Shown: positions 1 to 13,511 of the stretch, in pieces
Numbering within the stretch: the stretch's first letter is position 1
Layout of the letters: each line of letters opens with the position of its first letter
Source: Nageia nagi
Taxonomy: Eukaryota; Plantae; Pinophyta
Direction of reading: 5' to 3'
Length of the DNA stretch: 64,000 nt
Assembly (NCBI GenBank): GCA_050084985.1
Contig: JBITNC010000001.1
Span: 199,950,001-200,014,000 of the forward strand
Made by a program: the position numbers and the translations under genes
Notes under the pieces: generated by a model
Told to the model about the DNA's origin: nothing
The model's input: only the letters and a program-made list of their open reading frames with translations
Databases searched by the model: none

Positions 1-2230
1 TTGATAATATTTTGATCTACAACAAAACTTGGGAAGACCACTTGACCCACCTATACCAAATACGACAACTTCTCTAGGATAACCAATTGTATGCTAAGTG
101 ATCTAAATGTTCTTTTGTCCATCAAGAGCTTGAGCACCTTGGACACATTATTTTAGAGAAAGGTGTTAAGGTTGACCCCATCAAGATTGAGGATATGCAA
201 ATCTGGCCCTTGCCCAAATCATTGAAAGGCCTATGAGGTCTTTTAGGATTGATAGGATATTTCCATAAATTTGTGAAGGATTATGGTTAAATTGTAGCTC
301 CCTTCACCACTCTATTGAAAAAAAATGCTTTTAATTTGTTAATAACCATTGAAGAAGTATTTCATTAACTAAAGGTTGCCATGTGCTTGACCCCAATATT
401 GCTTATGCCATACTTCTCTAAAACATTCATCATTGAAAGTGACACCTTAGGTGTGGGACTTGGAGTTGTATTAATTTAGGAAGGATGACCCTTGGAATTC
501 ATAATCAAGCACTTTTAGGTTAGAATCTAGCCAAATACACCAATGAAAAAGAAATTATGGCAATAATTCATGTTGTTTAGCATTGGAGACCTTACCTTAT
601 TAGTCATCATTTCATCATCTAAAAAGATCATCACAACTTGAAATCCTTATTATAACAATGCATCTCCACCCTTGAATAACAAAAGTGGATTTTGAAACTT
701 TTGGGGTATGATTATGAAATTATGTATACAAAAGGTAGTGGGAATGTGGTAGCTGATGCCTTATCTCATAAATTTGAGGAACCTATGGTGTTGTAAACTC
801 TTTCCTCCCCTATTCCTCAATGGCTCAATCAAGTCAAATAAGAATGGCTTTAGGAAAATGTCTCACAAACACTAATCCAATAGTCACAAATTGATCCAAA
901 TAGTAAACCCCCCTTTTCTTAGGTTGATGGAATTCTAAGATTCAAAGTTCATGTTTCCTTACTGATAAATTCTATAGTTCAAGAATAGATACTCCAATAG
1001 TTACATGCAACACCAATAGTTGGACACTCTATATTTTTAAAAACCTATCGATGTGTGTGTTGTTCCTTCTATTGGCCTATTCTAAAATAAGATAGCAAGA
1101 AATTTGTATCAAAATGTGATGTTTATTAGCATAAAAAAGATGAGACAATGGGGACCCTAGGATTGCTTTAGCCTCTACCCATACTAAAGCATACTTGGAA
1201 ATATATCTCTATGGATTTCATTGAAGGCCTTTACAAATACTATGTAAAAGTAGTTAACTTAGTAGTGGTAGATTGACTCTTTAAATGTGCACATTTCTAT
1301 CCATTGGCACATCCCTAAAAATCTATAAATGTGGCATAATTATTTCTTAATAACATCTTCAAACTCCATAGTATTCCCACTACCATTATTAGTGACTAGG
1401 ACCCAACATTTACTAGTAAATTTTAGCAAGAGTTGTTCAAACTTCAGGGAACTAAAGTCAATATGAGCTCAATGTATCATGCTCAAATAGAGATTATCAA
1501 AAAATGCCTAGAAACATATCTTCATTGCTTTGCATCTACCTAACTAGTCCACTAGGTCAAATGGCTTCCCTTAGCCAAATGGTGGTATAACACTTCTTAT
1601 CACACTTCTATCATGATGACTCCATTTTAAGCCTTGTATGTTCAACCCCCACCCACACTCACATCCTATATCCTAGGAAGCACCAACATTCAGGCAATCA
1701 AAACCATCTTATCCAATGGGAAAATCTTCAAATGGATCAACACTAGATGAAATAATAAGCTAATCAATAATATATCAAGTGTTAATTCAAGAAGGTGATA
1801 TGGTTTTCTTGATACTTCAATTATACCACTAGACTTCCCTCAAATTAAAAGGTACCCAAAATCTAGCCCCATAATTTAATGAACCTTATAAGATACTCCA
1901 ATGCATTGGCCCTAGAGCATACAAGTTGGCACTTTTGGTATCATAAAAGATTCATCCTATTTTTCATGTCTCATACTTGAATCAAGTACTAGGTGACCAA
2001 AACACCATTCAAATTTAATTATTACAATTCATTGAGAAAGGCTCAATCCTAGTTGAACTTGAGACTATCCTAGACCACCACATACATCAGCTCCATAACC
2101 ACATAATTAATAAATTTCTAATCTAATGTCATGACTTATCTCCTAAATATGCAACATGGGATACTTCCCACTAGATGCAGTAACAATTCCCTAATTTTAA
2201 GGTTTGAGGAAAAAGCTATTCCCAAGAGGG
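1..2230 (+). pseudogene. Degenerate chromovirus pol (RT C-term, RNase H, integrase, chromodomain)
   Basis: Manual translation: DNILIYNKTWEDHLTHL (RT), NVVADALS (RNase H end), ISMDFIEGL (integrase), LAP*FNEPYK (GPY/F), ETILDH...KYATW (chromodomain, ~2055-2165). Many stops and frameshifts. Confidence 0.9.
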
Positions 2231-2236
2231 ATGGCA
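2224..2236 (+). other. Polypurine tract of the chromovirus
   Basis: aagagggatggca immediately before the LTR-initial TG. Confidence 0.75.
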
Positions 2237-2607
2237 TGTTAGGATCCTACATCGTAATATTTAATTAGGCTATAGTAGTTTATTTAATTATACTATAGGA
2301 TTTTCTTAAATATTGAGGGTTGACATATTTGTAAGGCAAACCACCATTTTGTATGGGTTGGCTAAATTAGGGTTAGGGTAGGTGGATTATAAATACTTAT
2401 GATCAAGTCATTTGTAAGAATCTTGAAAATTATATTATTTAGAGAAAAATAGGAGGTAGCCCCCTTGAAAAGGCCTATGATTCATTTTAGCTTTCTATTA
2501 TATCAATCTATTATTATTTTATTCCATTGTGATATTGAATGCTCGTTGAAGTTTGGACTTTTTATTTTCTATGCAAATCCCTTCATGGAACTTGCAGGTT
2601 CCTAACA
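2237..2607 (+). repeat. 3' LTR of the chromovirus (371 bp)
   Basis: Perfect 8-bp terminal inverted repeat TGTTAGGA...TCCTAACA; internal TATA-like ttataaata at ~2387. Confidence 0.85.
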
Positions 2608-3510
2608 AATAATCATTTATGTGTGTTCAATCCCTCAAACTAATCTCTCATTATCTATTAGTATTGTAACACATAAAGTATAATCTAGATACCTTTTATT
2701 GAGTGAGTTAACTAAACTCTTAGTCCCTTGGTATCATTTTCCAACTATAGGTATAAAAATATAATATAGATACTAAAATTCTTGGATCAATAGGATCAAT
2801 CTATACTTGTGTGATATTTTTACCATCAAACTATAGCTAACTCCTTTAAAATGAGCACTACCATACTTCCTCTTCCTTGGAGATCATTATTGGATGAATA
2901 ACTGATACTTCAAGTGTTTGCATACTTTTTTAACTCCTTATTCACCTTTAATCAATACCTGGAACTAAAATTATTGATATTATTCTCTTATTAAGCCTAG
3001 TGCTAGTGTAAAAAATGGACATGATAATGATTGATGATGTCAACCATTAATTTTACTTAAGTATTTTATATTCCTTCACTTTTTGAGTGCCTTCCTTACT
3101 TGTGGTGATGTCACCTAATGTGGATTATCAATCTTAGACTAATTCTTAGCCATCTTCAAACATGCTAACATCATGCATTAGCTCAATTGTATTTTTCTAT
3201 CTCATTTGCTTTCTTTACCTTTATTAGTGGATAACATTGATGATTTTGATGCCATTTATCCCACCCTACCATCCTTAGATTTTTTTAGCTCCCCTTTGTA
3301 TTATGATGATATCATTCATCAGTTCTAATATTTTGACCATCCTTCTTTCCTTAGATATTTTAATAGATTTTGAAGCTATTGACTTTAACAAAAATTGTAC
3401 TCTAATCCTTCCCATGCCTTCTAAAGGAATGTTTGAAAAACTATGGTACACCAATTAGGGCTATGATATATAAAAATATAAAATCTAAGAAAAGGTATTT
3501 TATATATACA
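2608..3510 (-). repeat. Element A 3' LTR (visible part; remainder lies beyond the chromovirus, outside the window)
   Basis: Collinear similarity to 42205-43091 (e.g. tgtcaaccattaattttacttaagt; catgctaacatcatgca); ends ...tatataca at 3510. Confidence 0.85.
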
Positions 3511-6500
3511 TTTTGAGGCTCTTAGGGGAAGTCTTTTCCATAAGGCTACAAAAAGTAGATAGCATTAGCCCCCTTGGTATAACATCAGAACTATAGGTAT
3601 TGATTCCTATTACTATTTTTGTGGCTATGAAAATGTGGATAAGGAAGATTCCATATCTAACATAATAGTTATCATTCCATAAGATATCTCTCAAAATCAA
3701 TGGACTTTGTCTTTATCCTTTATCAATAATCCACCCAATTTTTAATAAACATAAAAACTCTTTCATCTAAAATGGGAACTTGCCATGATACAAATTTTTT
3801 CTCATCCCCTACCACTAATTCTATGGATTCATGACATTTCTTAGTTATCATAAATGTATTATCCTCCTTACAAAACTAAGGCACACCTTCATTAATCAAA
3901 GCCTTGAACTCCTTTTTTCCATGGTTGTATTCTTGTTCAAGCTCACTTTTGAACCTTTAGCCCTTGGTCGCTATCTTCACCAACTTGATCATGCTCATAG
4001 CCTAGGGTAATTTTCTTTTCTTATCTATTTGAGCATCATCTAGTTTTGTATAGGAAGTTCTATTAATGTTATCTATTGCAACCTTATATTCATCTTTCTT
4101 TTGGTCAATAATTACCTGAACTCTATCAAGTTATTTTTTCAACTCCTTCAATACTCCTTGATAATATTTTAAGTGATCTAACTTTGGAAAAAGTACTTGG
4201 AATTCTTGAGCAATTTCTTTCTAATATCTCTTTGTTAGGCCTACTAGGGTTCCCATATTATATGCACTTCAAGTGAATAGGGTAGAGAGTTGCTATTTCA
4301 ATCATGATATAAGTTGATCCTTTTCTTTTAATTAATTTTATTGAACCACCAACTTTGCATCCTTTTGGAAGGTCATATTCTTTTTCATAGCTATTTGAGG
4401 ATCTCTCTCTATCTTCTCAGCCATAAGATTTATAATTTCTTTCTCCTTATTTTTGATATCAACAATTAGCTTATCCACATTTGGTGCTTTCTTATTTAAT
4501 TCCTTCATATATTCATTCCTTTGAGTTATCATGTTATTTTTATGGGATACTTTTACCTTCATTGACACTAATATCTTTTCTATTTTCTCTAACTCTATAC
4601 TTTTTTCTTTTAAGACCTCTTCTTTCTACTTTAACTCCCATTTTGAAGATGTTTAATTAAAATTAGCTATTAATTATCTAATATTATGGTTCAACACCTT
4701 ACTTTTCTCTTTCTTGGTGTTGAGTTGAGTGAAAAATCTTGGCCTCGTTTTGGCTTTTGACCTCTTGTATATAAGAATTGGTGCTTATTATTCATTGGCA
4801 ACTTCTTGTAATCTAGTTTGAAAGAGGTGATCAAAGCCTATTATATGGTATCCCCCAATGATATATCCTGAGTTATTATGATGTTAATGTTTCACTTCTT
4901 GGGATCCACTTCTATTTGCAATATAATTTGATCTAGTGGATCCATAATGCTCTTCATCATCTTATCCTCCTAGGTTCTCTTTTCCTTTGGTAATTGGGAA
5001 AATTGTTGGTAAATTCTTTATGTTAATACTTATTTCCTATAAATTAAGATAAATTGTAGTATTGTTGTCAAAGTATGCATTATTTGGGAGATATTGAAGG
5101 ATATGAAAAATGAGCTGACCATGTCTTATGGGTTTTAGGTTACATGAAGGGGTGGTGTTTGATCCAATGGATATGCATCGATAACTTAGGAGATGGCAAG
5201 GCTACTAGGTGGAGGTGTGGAAGATATCTATGGAGTGAAAGGTACATATTAACCTTATGTATTTGGAGAAAGAGTATGAGTAAAATTTGGGATATGCATA
5301 CCTAAGGTATTGATTGTAAGATTGTGTCTATGTTTTATTCATTTTGGGCTCTTTTTTTACCTTGTCTTTCCTCTCAGAATGTGAGGATCATTTTCTAGGC
5401 TCATCCCTCTACTCATAGTGGTAGGATTTACTCTCTATTTTTTCTTTGCATTCTTTATGAAACCTATTTTTTCATGGTACTTCCTAATCCTTTAATTTAG
5501 GTTATGAAGTTTTGGCCTATAGATTTGTATTAGTTTGTTTCTTTTGAACCTCTACTTTTTCAATGACCTCTTCTTCTTCTTCATAATTATCCCCTTCATC
5601 TGCTCTTTTTTTCTAATCTAAATAGGGTTCTCCCCCCTCTTCTACCCCTTCACCCTAATCATCAAGGTTCTACTCATCATATATTTCAACAATTTGATCA
5701 TCCATTTCATTTTCCCACAATGTCATTTTGGTGCTTGAATCAATGCGGTATTGGAAGAATGTTGTTTGTTTCTCCATTAACTAGTTGATTTCCCTCAAAT
5801 ATTTCATCAAGTAATTCATTAGCATGGGATTGGATGGGTCAAACACCTTCAACTTAGTGTATAAATCTCTCCATTTTAAGAGAGCTTCTAGGAGCATTAC
5901 ATTATGGGGCATTTGAGGCTCTCTCTCTTCCCTATTCCTCCATCCTTCTATGTTCAATTGTGAACTTTGGATGAATTTAACTAGTTTGACATTTTCTACA
6001 TCTTCTAACCTTCAAAAAAATATGTTGTTAGGGTTGTATTCCCAACTATCAAAAATCTCTTGTAGTTTTAGGCTAATCATTTTTCCTTTAATCTTTGAGT
6101 TGACACCCTTCTTTATTATAATGATATCTTGTAAAATAAAAGGGAGTTTATACATAGACCTTTTGCCTCCCCTAATTCCATAGTTACTATCAATGCAATC
6201 TTTTTATCTTTAAAATTCTAAGATAAATATCCAATATGTGAAATAAAAGGGGAGTAACATTGGCTTATCTCCAAATCCATAAATCCTAATGATGGTGCTC
6301 CTATTATTGAAGTAGTAGCCTCTCTTCTTTACATTCTTTGTTCTCAAAGTTTTCAAAGATTGGAAAAGGATCCTACAAGGTACATTGCCTTCCAACAGGC
6401 TCAATGTAAACCCTAATGCTTAATTTGTAAATCCATAATAATATTTTGTTACACTTGGGATATTTTTCCATTCATCTGTCAACAAGATTGAGTCATATTT

Positions 6501-7370
6501 TCTCTTCCTTTTTAAACCCATATGGGAGAATTTTTTATTATTCTAAAAAATCAAGAGCCAAATCATATAGGATACATAAGTAAATGATATGGTTTCTTTG
6601 ATATTTTCTAACTACTTAGCCATGCTTCTTGAATGAACTTTGGCTACTCAAATATGAAGGTTTTTGTTGGATGTGTAATAGAGTAAGCCAAAGACACATG
6701 ATAGTGCACCATAAAGTTTTCTAATGACTCCCCTAAGACCATAACCAACATATAGTAAAGCATCTAATAATTGTTCCTAAAATAATTTAAAGGTATATCT
6801 TATTTTAACATATTTAAAGCTTTTCTTACCATGGAATCCTTATAGCTACTGGCGAGCCATTCCTTCATATGACTATCATAATGCTTTATTTGATTTGGAA
6901 TATGGATTTTTATGGATTTTACCTCCCTAATGGGTATTATAAATGCTATAATAATCAAATATGAAGAAAAATCAAGCATCAAGTGCCTATTACGTGTCAC
7001 TGCAACCCTTTTCTTTGGATGAGCTAATTCCCTAATCTATTTGATCAACTCAAGTGCATGATGAAAAACCCTAGGAACTTACCAATATGAATAACTATCC
7101 TTGATTATTATACAAACTAAATTAGCTTCACTATCAAAACATATTACTTAAGTTGTACCTTTGAAGTTTTGATGATGTCTTATGATTTTGATATCTCCCA
7201 TTATTTCTAGTCTATCATTCCACTTGGCTTCCTTATTTGTGGTGAATATGGATTCTTCAATGTTTAAGTTCCTCTCCCCCTTTGACTTCTTACCTTTATC
7301 TTCTTCAAAATCCATTCTTCTACTTTGGGTTTGCATATAATCATAGTCTAGCTTATGTTTCTTGCCCACC
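3511..7370 (-). pseudogene. Decayed large extra ORF downstream of integrase in element A (unknown function; charged/coiled-coil-like C-terminal part)
   Basis: Chain of minus-strand ORF remnants (7148-7369, 6800-7000, 6210-6404, 4338-4568, 3500-3700). Motif GYYFNNRSTIIRIYGFGDKPMLLPFYFTYWIFILEF is homologous to element B's extra ORF. Confidence 0.65.
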
Positions 7371-7469
7371 TTCCACTCTATGATTATACAATGGTCACAT
7401 CTAAGTTATCCATATTTAACTTAATAACCTTGATCAACATCCAAATTTTCTACTTTAAATAAAATAATA

Positions 7470-10400
7470 TGTACAAGGTATCTACATTAATATACATGAA
7501 ATTTGATGACTACTTGTCAATGTCTATTCTATATAGGATTTTAAATGTACATCATTTATTGGAATAGGAAACATCTAACCATACACTCTTCATAACTTGA
7601 AAGAGTTGAACTTCCTCACCTTACTAATGATGTAAGGTCCAAACCACATGGAATCAAACTTCTAGTGTCTCCCAAGGTTGGCTCTATCTTCATACCATTT
7701 GAGTATGAGGTCACCTTGTTTTAACTCCTAAGTGGTAGCCTTATTCTTGTCAAACCACATTTTGATAATATTATTTCATTTCTAAAATTATTTTTAAGAA
7801 TCATTCCAAACTTTTTCCATACATATCAATTTGGATAGAGAACTTGCATAGACTCAAACTTGGTCATACTATATTCTTGTAAAATTCTTATTATCAAGAG
7901 TTCAATATGGTTGGGTACTATTTTTCTCTTATGATATACTAAGTTGAAGGGGTGATTCTTTATTTATGTATTCATCATGATGTTTTCCACCCAAAAATCC
8001 AAGTCTAAATTCGTATACCAATCTCTTTGGTTTTCTTAGATGATCCTCTTGAGTATCTGGTGTAAATTTTTATTAGTAGACTTTGGTAGACCATTTCCTT
8101 AGGGTTAATAGTTTGAGGATATCTTCTAATAACTATCTTACTTCATTACAAACATGATTAAATTTTCTCCTTGGAAACTCAAGCTATTGTCTAGTATAAT
8201 CATTATCAATATATCAAGCATGGTGATCAAGTTTTCCACAAAGCCAATGATTACCTCTAGTTTTGCATTTTTTGTAGCTACTACTTTAGCCCATCTGGTG
8301 AAATAATTTGGTATAGTGAGAATGAACTTGTTATTGGATAAGGAATTTGGATTTATAAATCTAATGAAGTCTAATCCCCATTATTTTAAAGGTTCCTCAA
8401 CAATAACTGACTATAAAGGCAGGGTTACAATTAACGTCCTTCCCATATACCTTTTACATTTTTTACATTCTTTAAATATATTGAAGGTATATTTGAAGAT
8501 GGTGGACCAATAATATCCATCTTGCATGATATTTATTATTGTATTATAACTATATTAATGACTTGTATATGACCAAAAGTGGAACTCCCTAATAATTCAA
8601 TTGTATTCTTATGGTTTTATGCACTTGAGGAGTACTCCATCATGCCTTTCTAGATACAAAATATTCTCATTCATAGTATAACTTAGGGCATGTAGCTTGA
8701 ATCTCCTTATTTTTGAAGCATTAAATTTTTACAAGAGTCATCCTTATTATAAGTATATTATCAATTGATCCATATAAACCCTTTATTTTGTTGGTTCATT
8801 GGTATCATTTTACAATTCTTCTTCAAAGAACACTAGTTTTGTAGTAGCATCTATAGCTAGTTGTTTGCATAAAGCCCTTGCTTTCACCACTTTGATATAC
8901 CTAACTTCTATGTCATATTAGTTTATATTTGTAATCCATCCAACTCTTTCTTCACCTAATTCCCCTTATATGATATAGTTTCTTATGTTTGGATGTATTA
9001 TAAGTATTGACACTTTACTCTAAGAGACAAAATGCTTTATTTTACTCGTTGCCTTCATGATTGCATATACTTATTTTTTAATGAAACTATATCTTTCTTC
9101 ATGATCATGGAGGGTATTATTTAAAAATACCTCTATACTTTCTTCATTACCATCTCCCTTTTGAGTAAGGATGACATTAATAATGTTATATGCTTTGTAT
9201 GCATATAGAATGAACTCTTTTCTAAAATCTAGGTTCCTTAGAATTGTTTCCCTCATGATGGCCAACTTGATCTTTTTGAAAGCCTTATTCCTCTTTAGAT
9301 TCCTTTATAAAAGTATTTATTTATTGAGCATTTCAATAATTATTTTATAATTTTGTAAAAATCTTAGATAAACCTTCTCACAAAATTTACTTGCCCCAAA
9401 AATGATTGTAGAGCTTTCTTATTAGTAGGTATGATCAATTTGGAAATGGTACCCATCCTTCCTTAGAGATCACATGTCCTAACAACCTTCCTTCATCATT
9501 AGAAAAAATAGACTTTTTTAGGTTCAAAGAGATTCCAAATTATTTATATCTTTGAAAAACATATCAAAGATGTAAATAAAACTTTGATTTTTTAGAAAAT
9601 ATAGTGATGTCATCCAAATAGACTAGGATAATCTTATTTATTACTTCTCTAAAGGCATGATCCATTGCTCTTTGTAAAGTAGCTCTAACATTAGATGGGA
9701 AAAAGGCATCCTTTGAAATGCAAAATTTCCCCATTTGGTAGTGAATGTCATCTTGTATTGATCTTCATTTTGTACCCATACCTAATTATATCAAGAGAAC
9801 CCATCAATCAAAGAGAAGCACTTAGCCCCAACAATAGTCTATAGAATTTGTTCCATAGGTTGAAAAGGGTAATTATCCTTAAAATATGCTTATATTTGGG
9901 TTCTAAAAATTGACATATATCCTTACATACTCATTTTTCTTTCTTACTAGAACCATGTTTATCAGTTAATTTGAATGCTTTATTGGGTAGATGATGTTGA
10001 TATTGAAGAGTTTCAACACTTATTACTTTATAATAGTATTAATTAGAGGATTTAAAAGTATCTACTTTTATCAAACTAGTCTAGCATCATCTACTAGCTC
10101 TATGGTGTGTTGTATCACTTCCTTATTATAGGTCTTTATATCATTATAAGACTAGGCTATGATATCAAAACATTCTTCACATAGCTTTATGATCTTTCTT
10201 ACTTCCTCCAAATTGTTATGTTTTCCAATCTTTATAACTTTCCTAAGGGCTATCTTTATGTCCTAGAAATTCTTTTATTTGATTTCTAGTACTCCCTACC
10301 TTGCCATACCTTCCTAATTTAATAGTTTTCAAAAGAAACAACACCGTTAGGAAATACATTACTTTGCAACTCAATAATATCTTGCTTCTAGTATGATTCT

Positions 10401-10516
10401 TCTATGGCTTGGGAGTTCCAACACAAAATATCTTCAGTAAAGAATTTATTGATATTTTTATCATCATTGAATACATTCCAAAAGCACTTATTATCTAGAA
10501 CTTAGGGATTATATAT
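7470..10516 (-). pseudogene. Element A pol remnant: RT, RNase H, integrase
   Basis: EDQYKMTFTTKWGNF...LQRAMDHAF and VYLDDIT (~9605-9770); RNase H remnant ORF 9071-9265; integrase motifs including YFTRWAKV (~8290-8310) and WFGPY (~7635-7650). Confidence 0.9.
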
Positions 10517-11138
10517 TGATGGAATTGAAGGATTCCATAACCAAGATCACTTGTGCCTACTCAAACAAATCAACACTCAAATTACTCTCAACATAACAAT
10601 AAATCAATCACACATGGAGAGACAAAATATATAGTGGTTCCTCTTTAAGAGATTACTCCACTTTAAGATAGGAAATATCTATTAACCTCTGATGACTATT
10701 TACAATGATAATGCACTATACTGACTCTCCTTTCTACTAACTTATACAATCTAAACTTATCTAATTTCTCCTACCCATAGGGTCCTTATATAGGATTCAA
10801 AGTTAAACCTAGGTGGTTACTAAACTTAACCACCTATGGTTAACTAACCATGAGTTTAAAATATACAATAATTACATGTGCACTCACTTACACCATTAAG
10901 TGAGTGCACCTACATGTACTAATCACTTGTAAATTTACTTATACCATGGACCTATGTGTACCCTATTATAAATTATGTGGGGATTCACATTTTCTTATAT
11001 GGATAATACACTTATTACATAAGTTGGATTATTCCATATTATTACATATGAGATAATTTACCCTTATAATTAGGGTATTACAACTTGTTTCATGTAAATA
11101 GACATTTCAATATTTTGAGTTACATTATAATTCTAACA
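10517..11138 (-). repeat. 3' LTR of the Copia-like insertion (622 bp)
   Basis: TGATGGAATTGAAGG...TTCTAACA, adjacent to the PPT; matches 19070-19569. Confidence 0.85.
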
Positions 11139-13239
11139 CTCCCCATTAATGTAATCTTGGGGATGTTGATAACAATATATGTAACCAAAATGATTCTCCC
11201 TATGAATATACAAATGGATATGAGAATGAAGGATGATTAATAGAGACTTCTTAGCTTTGACATTGATCATCTTCTTAAGATTTGTAGCTTCTGTAGCTAC
11301 TTGTAGAAACTTGCATAAATTGATCATAAGATCTACAACTACAAGCATAAGATATCATAACATATAACATACCAATAATAATATTATATGTGCTTATCAT
11401 CATAATATGATATATAACAATATCATTATGTAAAATAATAATTCATGATATATCATATCATATGAGCACTACAATAAAATATATCATCCATGAGCATGTA
11501 TATCAATGATATATAAATATCCAAATGTGCATAATATTAAATGCGCTATCAACCAAGTGATATAAGTGCATTTATCAAACAAGGATATATGAAATATTCA
11601 CAAGGATGCAAAACATGATTAAAAAAATTTATTTTTTTTATTTTTGTTTGTTTTATATCAATATTTGTGTTTATTTTTAGTATGAAGGTGTCATCATATG
11701 CTGTAAAGAGCATAAATAAGTTATTCACATATTGATAACTTAGTATAATAGTGTACATAATAGGATTATACAATAAAAGGTCCTTCTAAAAGTGAATTAT
11801 AATAGTTCCCAAGAATTCATACTTTACTCTCTCTTAAGGAAAACATTACCATCCTAAAAGATGCTATGGATTCATATAACTTCATCTTATTATTATTTTT
11901 TGTAGCTTTTCTGTATGCAAGTTGATATGAAGTTGAAATCATTTAAGAATAATTCCCCCTTGAGGGAAACTTTATTTAAAGAAAGGCTTAAACAAATGAA
12001 CAAAGGTGATTAAATTATCCATATGTCGATACACATATCATTTAACATGCTTATCTTAATACAATTAAGCATCCATTATATTAAATCAATATCATACTTA
12101 TTTAAGTGCACTGATGCATATAAGATCCTCTAAAAAAGGATGAAATCCAATTGATTTACTATTGGGTGTTTAACTAATTTAACAACAACAATCATATTTC
12201 ATTTAGTAATCCTTTTTTAAAACTACTAAGGCTTCTCTTTTACTAAAATCTTAGAATGGGAGTAACTCGAGCAGTGACATTTTGCCTTAGAGTCTATAAA
12301 TCCTTGGATAACTCTTGTATACATTTAAGGAGCAATTCTCTCTTAGCTATGAGCTCATTTTTCTCCTTATATATCATGTCAAATGTTTGATCTCCTCCTT
12401 TTCTTTTTAAACACTTCATATCATAAGCATGGTTCATTGAAAAACTTATTGGCATGATCCATTAATGTAGCATTGGCCAAATATTTTAATTACAAAGCAT
12501 ACCTAGTAGTAGTTGGATCATCCTATAAGCCTACTAATGGACCTCCCATAGCATTATTTTGTACATATTCTCATATATTTCCCTCATTTGGGGACTACCC
12601 TAAGTGAGCTAGGATCTAGTTTTTCATAACTAGAATTATGTCACTTAGTTCATATGTCGATCGTTATTTATAGAGTAAGTATTACTTTACCACAAAATCT
12701 TTTAATTAAATTGTTTATTATTACATATATTATATTTATTAAAGTGATATCATGTATCTAATCATTTTATGCCAAAGTTAAGGGTTATAAATGATAACAT
12801 CAATTATAAGTGATGAACAGTGTTTGAAAATTTTCTCTATTGATTTTTTTAGAAATAAGTGTTCATCAAAATATAATTTTGTATCATAAACATATATAAG
12901 TAGTCAAAAATTTTCATCATAATCTATCTAAAAGATTATGATTATGACCAAGAATATTTTTCTTTCCTTCACCTAATTAAGGCAAGTATTTTTCTCATTA
13001 ACATAGTAATCCATGCTATAAAGGAAGTAATTTCATGCCATTAATTAATTAGAAAATAACATTAATTTCCAACTTGATCATACCATTATTCAAGATACAC
13101 AATGATATCATGCATAATCATAAGCTCAAAATTTATCTCTATATGCATACATTCATATCCATTTATAATCATGTTGAAGTGGAGTTTAAGGATCTCCATC
13201 AACAATATTATAACTTGCATGAAGAAAAAAATTATAAAA

Positions 13240-13372
13240 CACCAATTTGATTATGTCACTTAGTCAATATTTACAATTCATAAGCCATAAAGTGCCAACT
13301 TTATTATATCACTTAGTTAAGATGCACAAGCCATAAAATGCCAACTTGACTATGCCACTTAGTCAAGATGCA
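13240..13372. repeat. Three degenerate tandem copies of a ~46-54 bp motif
   Basis: ccaa(c/t)tt(g/t)a(t/c)tat(g/a)(t/c)cacttagt(c/t)aa occurs three times. Confidence 0.7.
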
Positions 13373-13511
13373 TATGATGGAAGAAACTAACATGGATTCA
13401 ACTTCCATCAATCAATAAAAATACTTTTCAATAATAAAAGTAAATTGACATCAATTCTTAATATATAATCTTCTTGAAAATGGACTTGATATGAATTAAA
13501 TAAAAAATTAC

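Larger units (their letters stand above)
1..2607 (+). mobile_element. Ty3/gypsy chromovirus (Reina-like) LTR retrotransposon, 3' part, truncated by the window edge; inserted in the 3' LTR of element A
   Basis: Decayed RT-RNaseH-integrase-chromodomain followed by a PPT and a short TG..CA LTR. Sequence after 2607 resumes homology to element A's LTR (cf. 42205 onward). Confidence 0.9.

Noticed and set aside
13240-13372. KWHSQVG repeat as the Copia GAG-pre-integrase LWHxRLGH motif
   Set aside because: Similarity is too short and its position is inconsistent with the other faint remnants; kept only as a tandem repeat.
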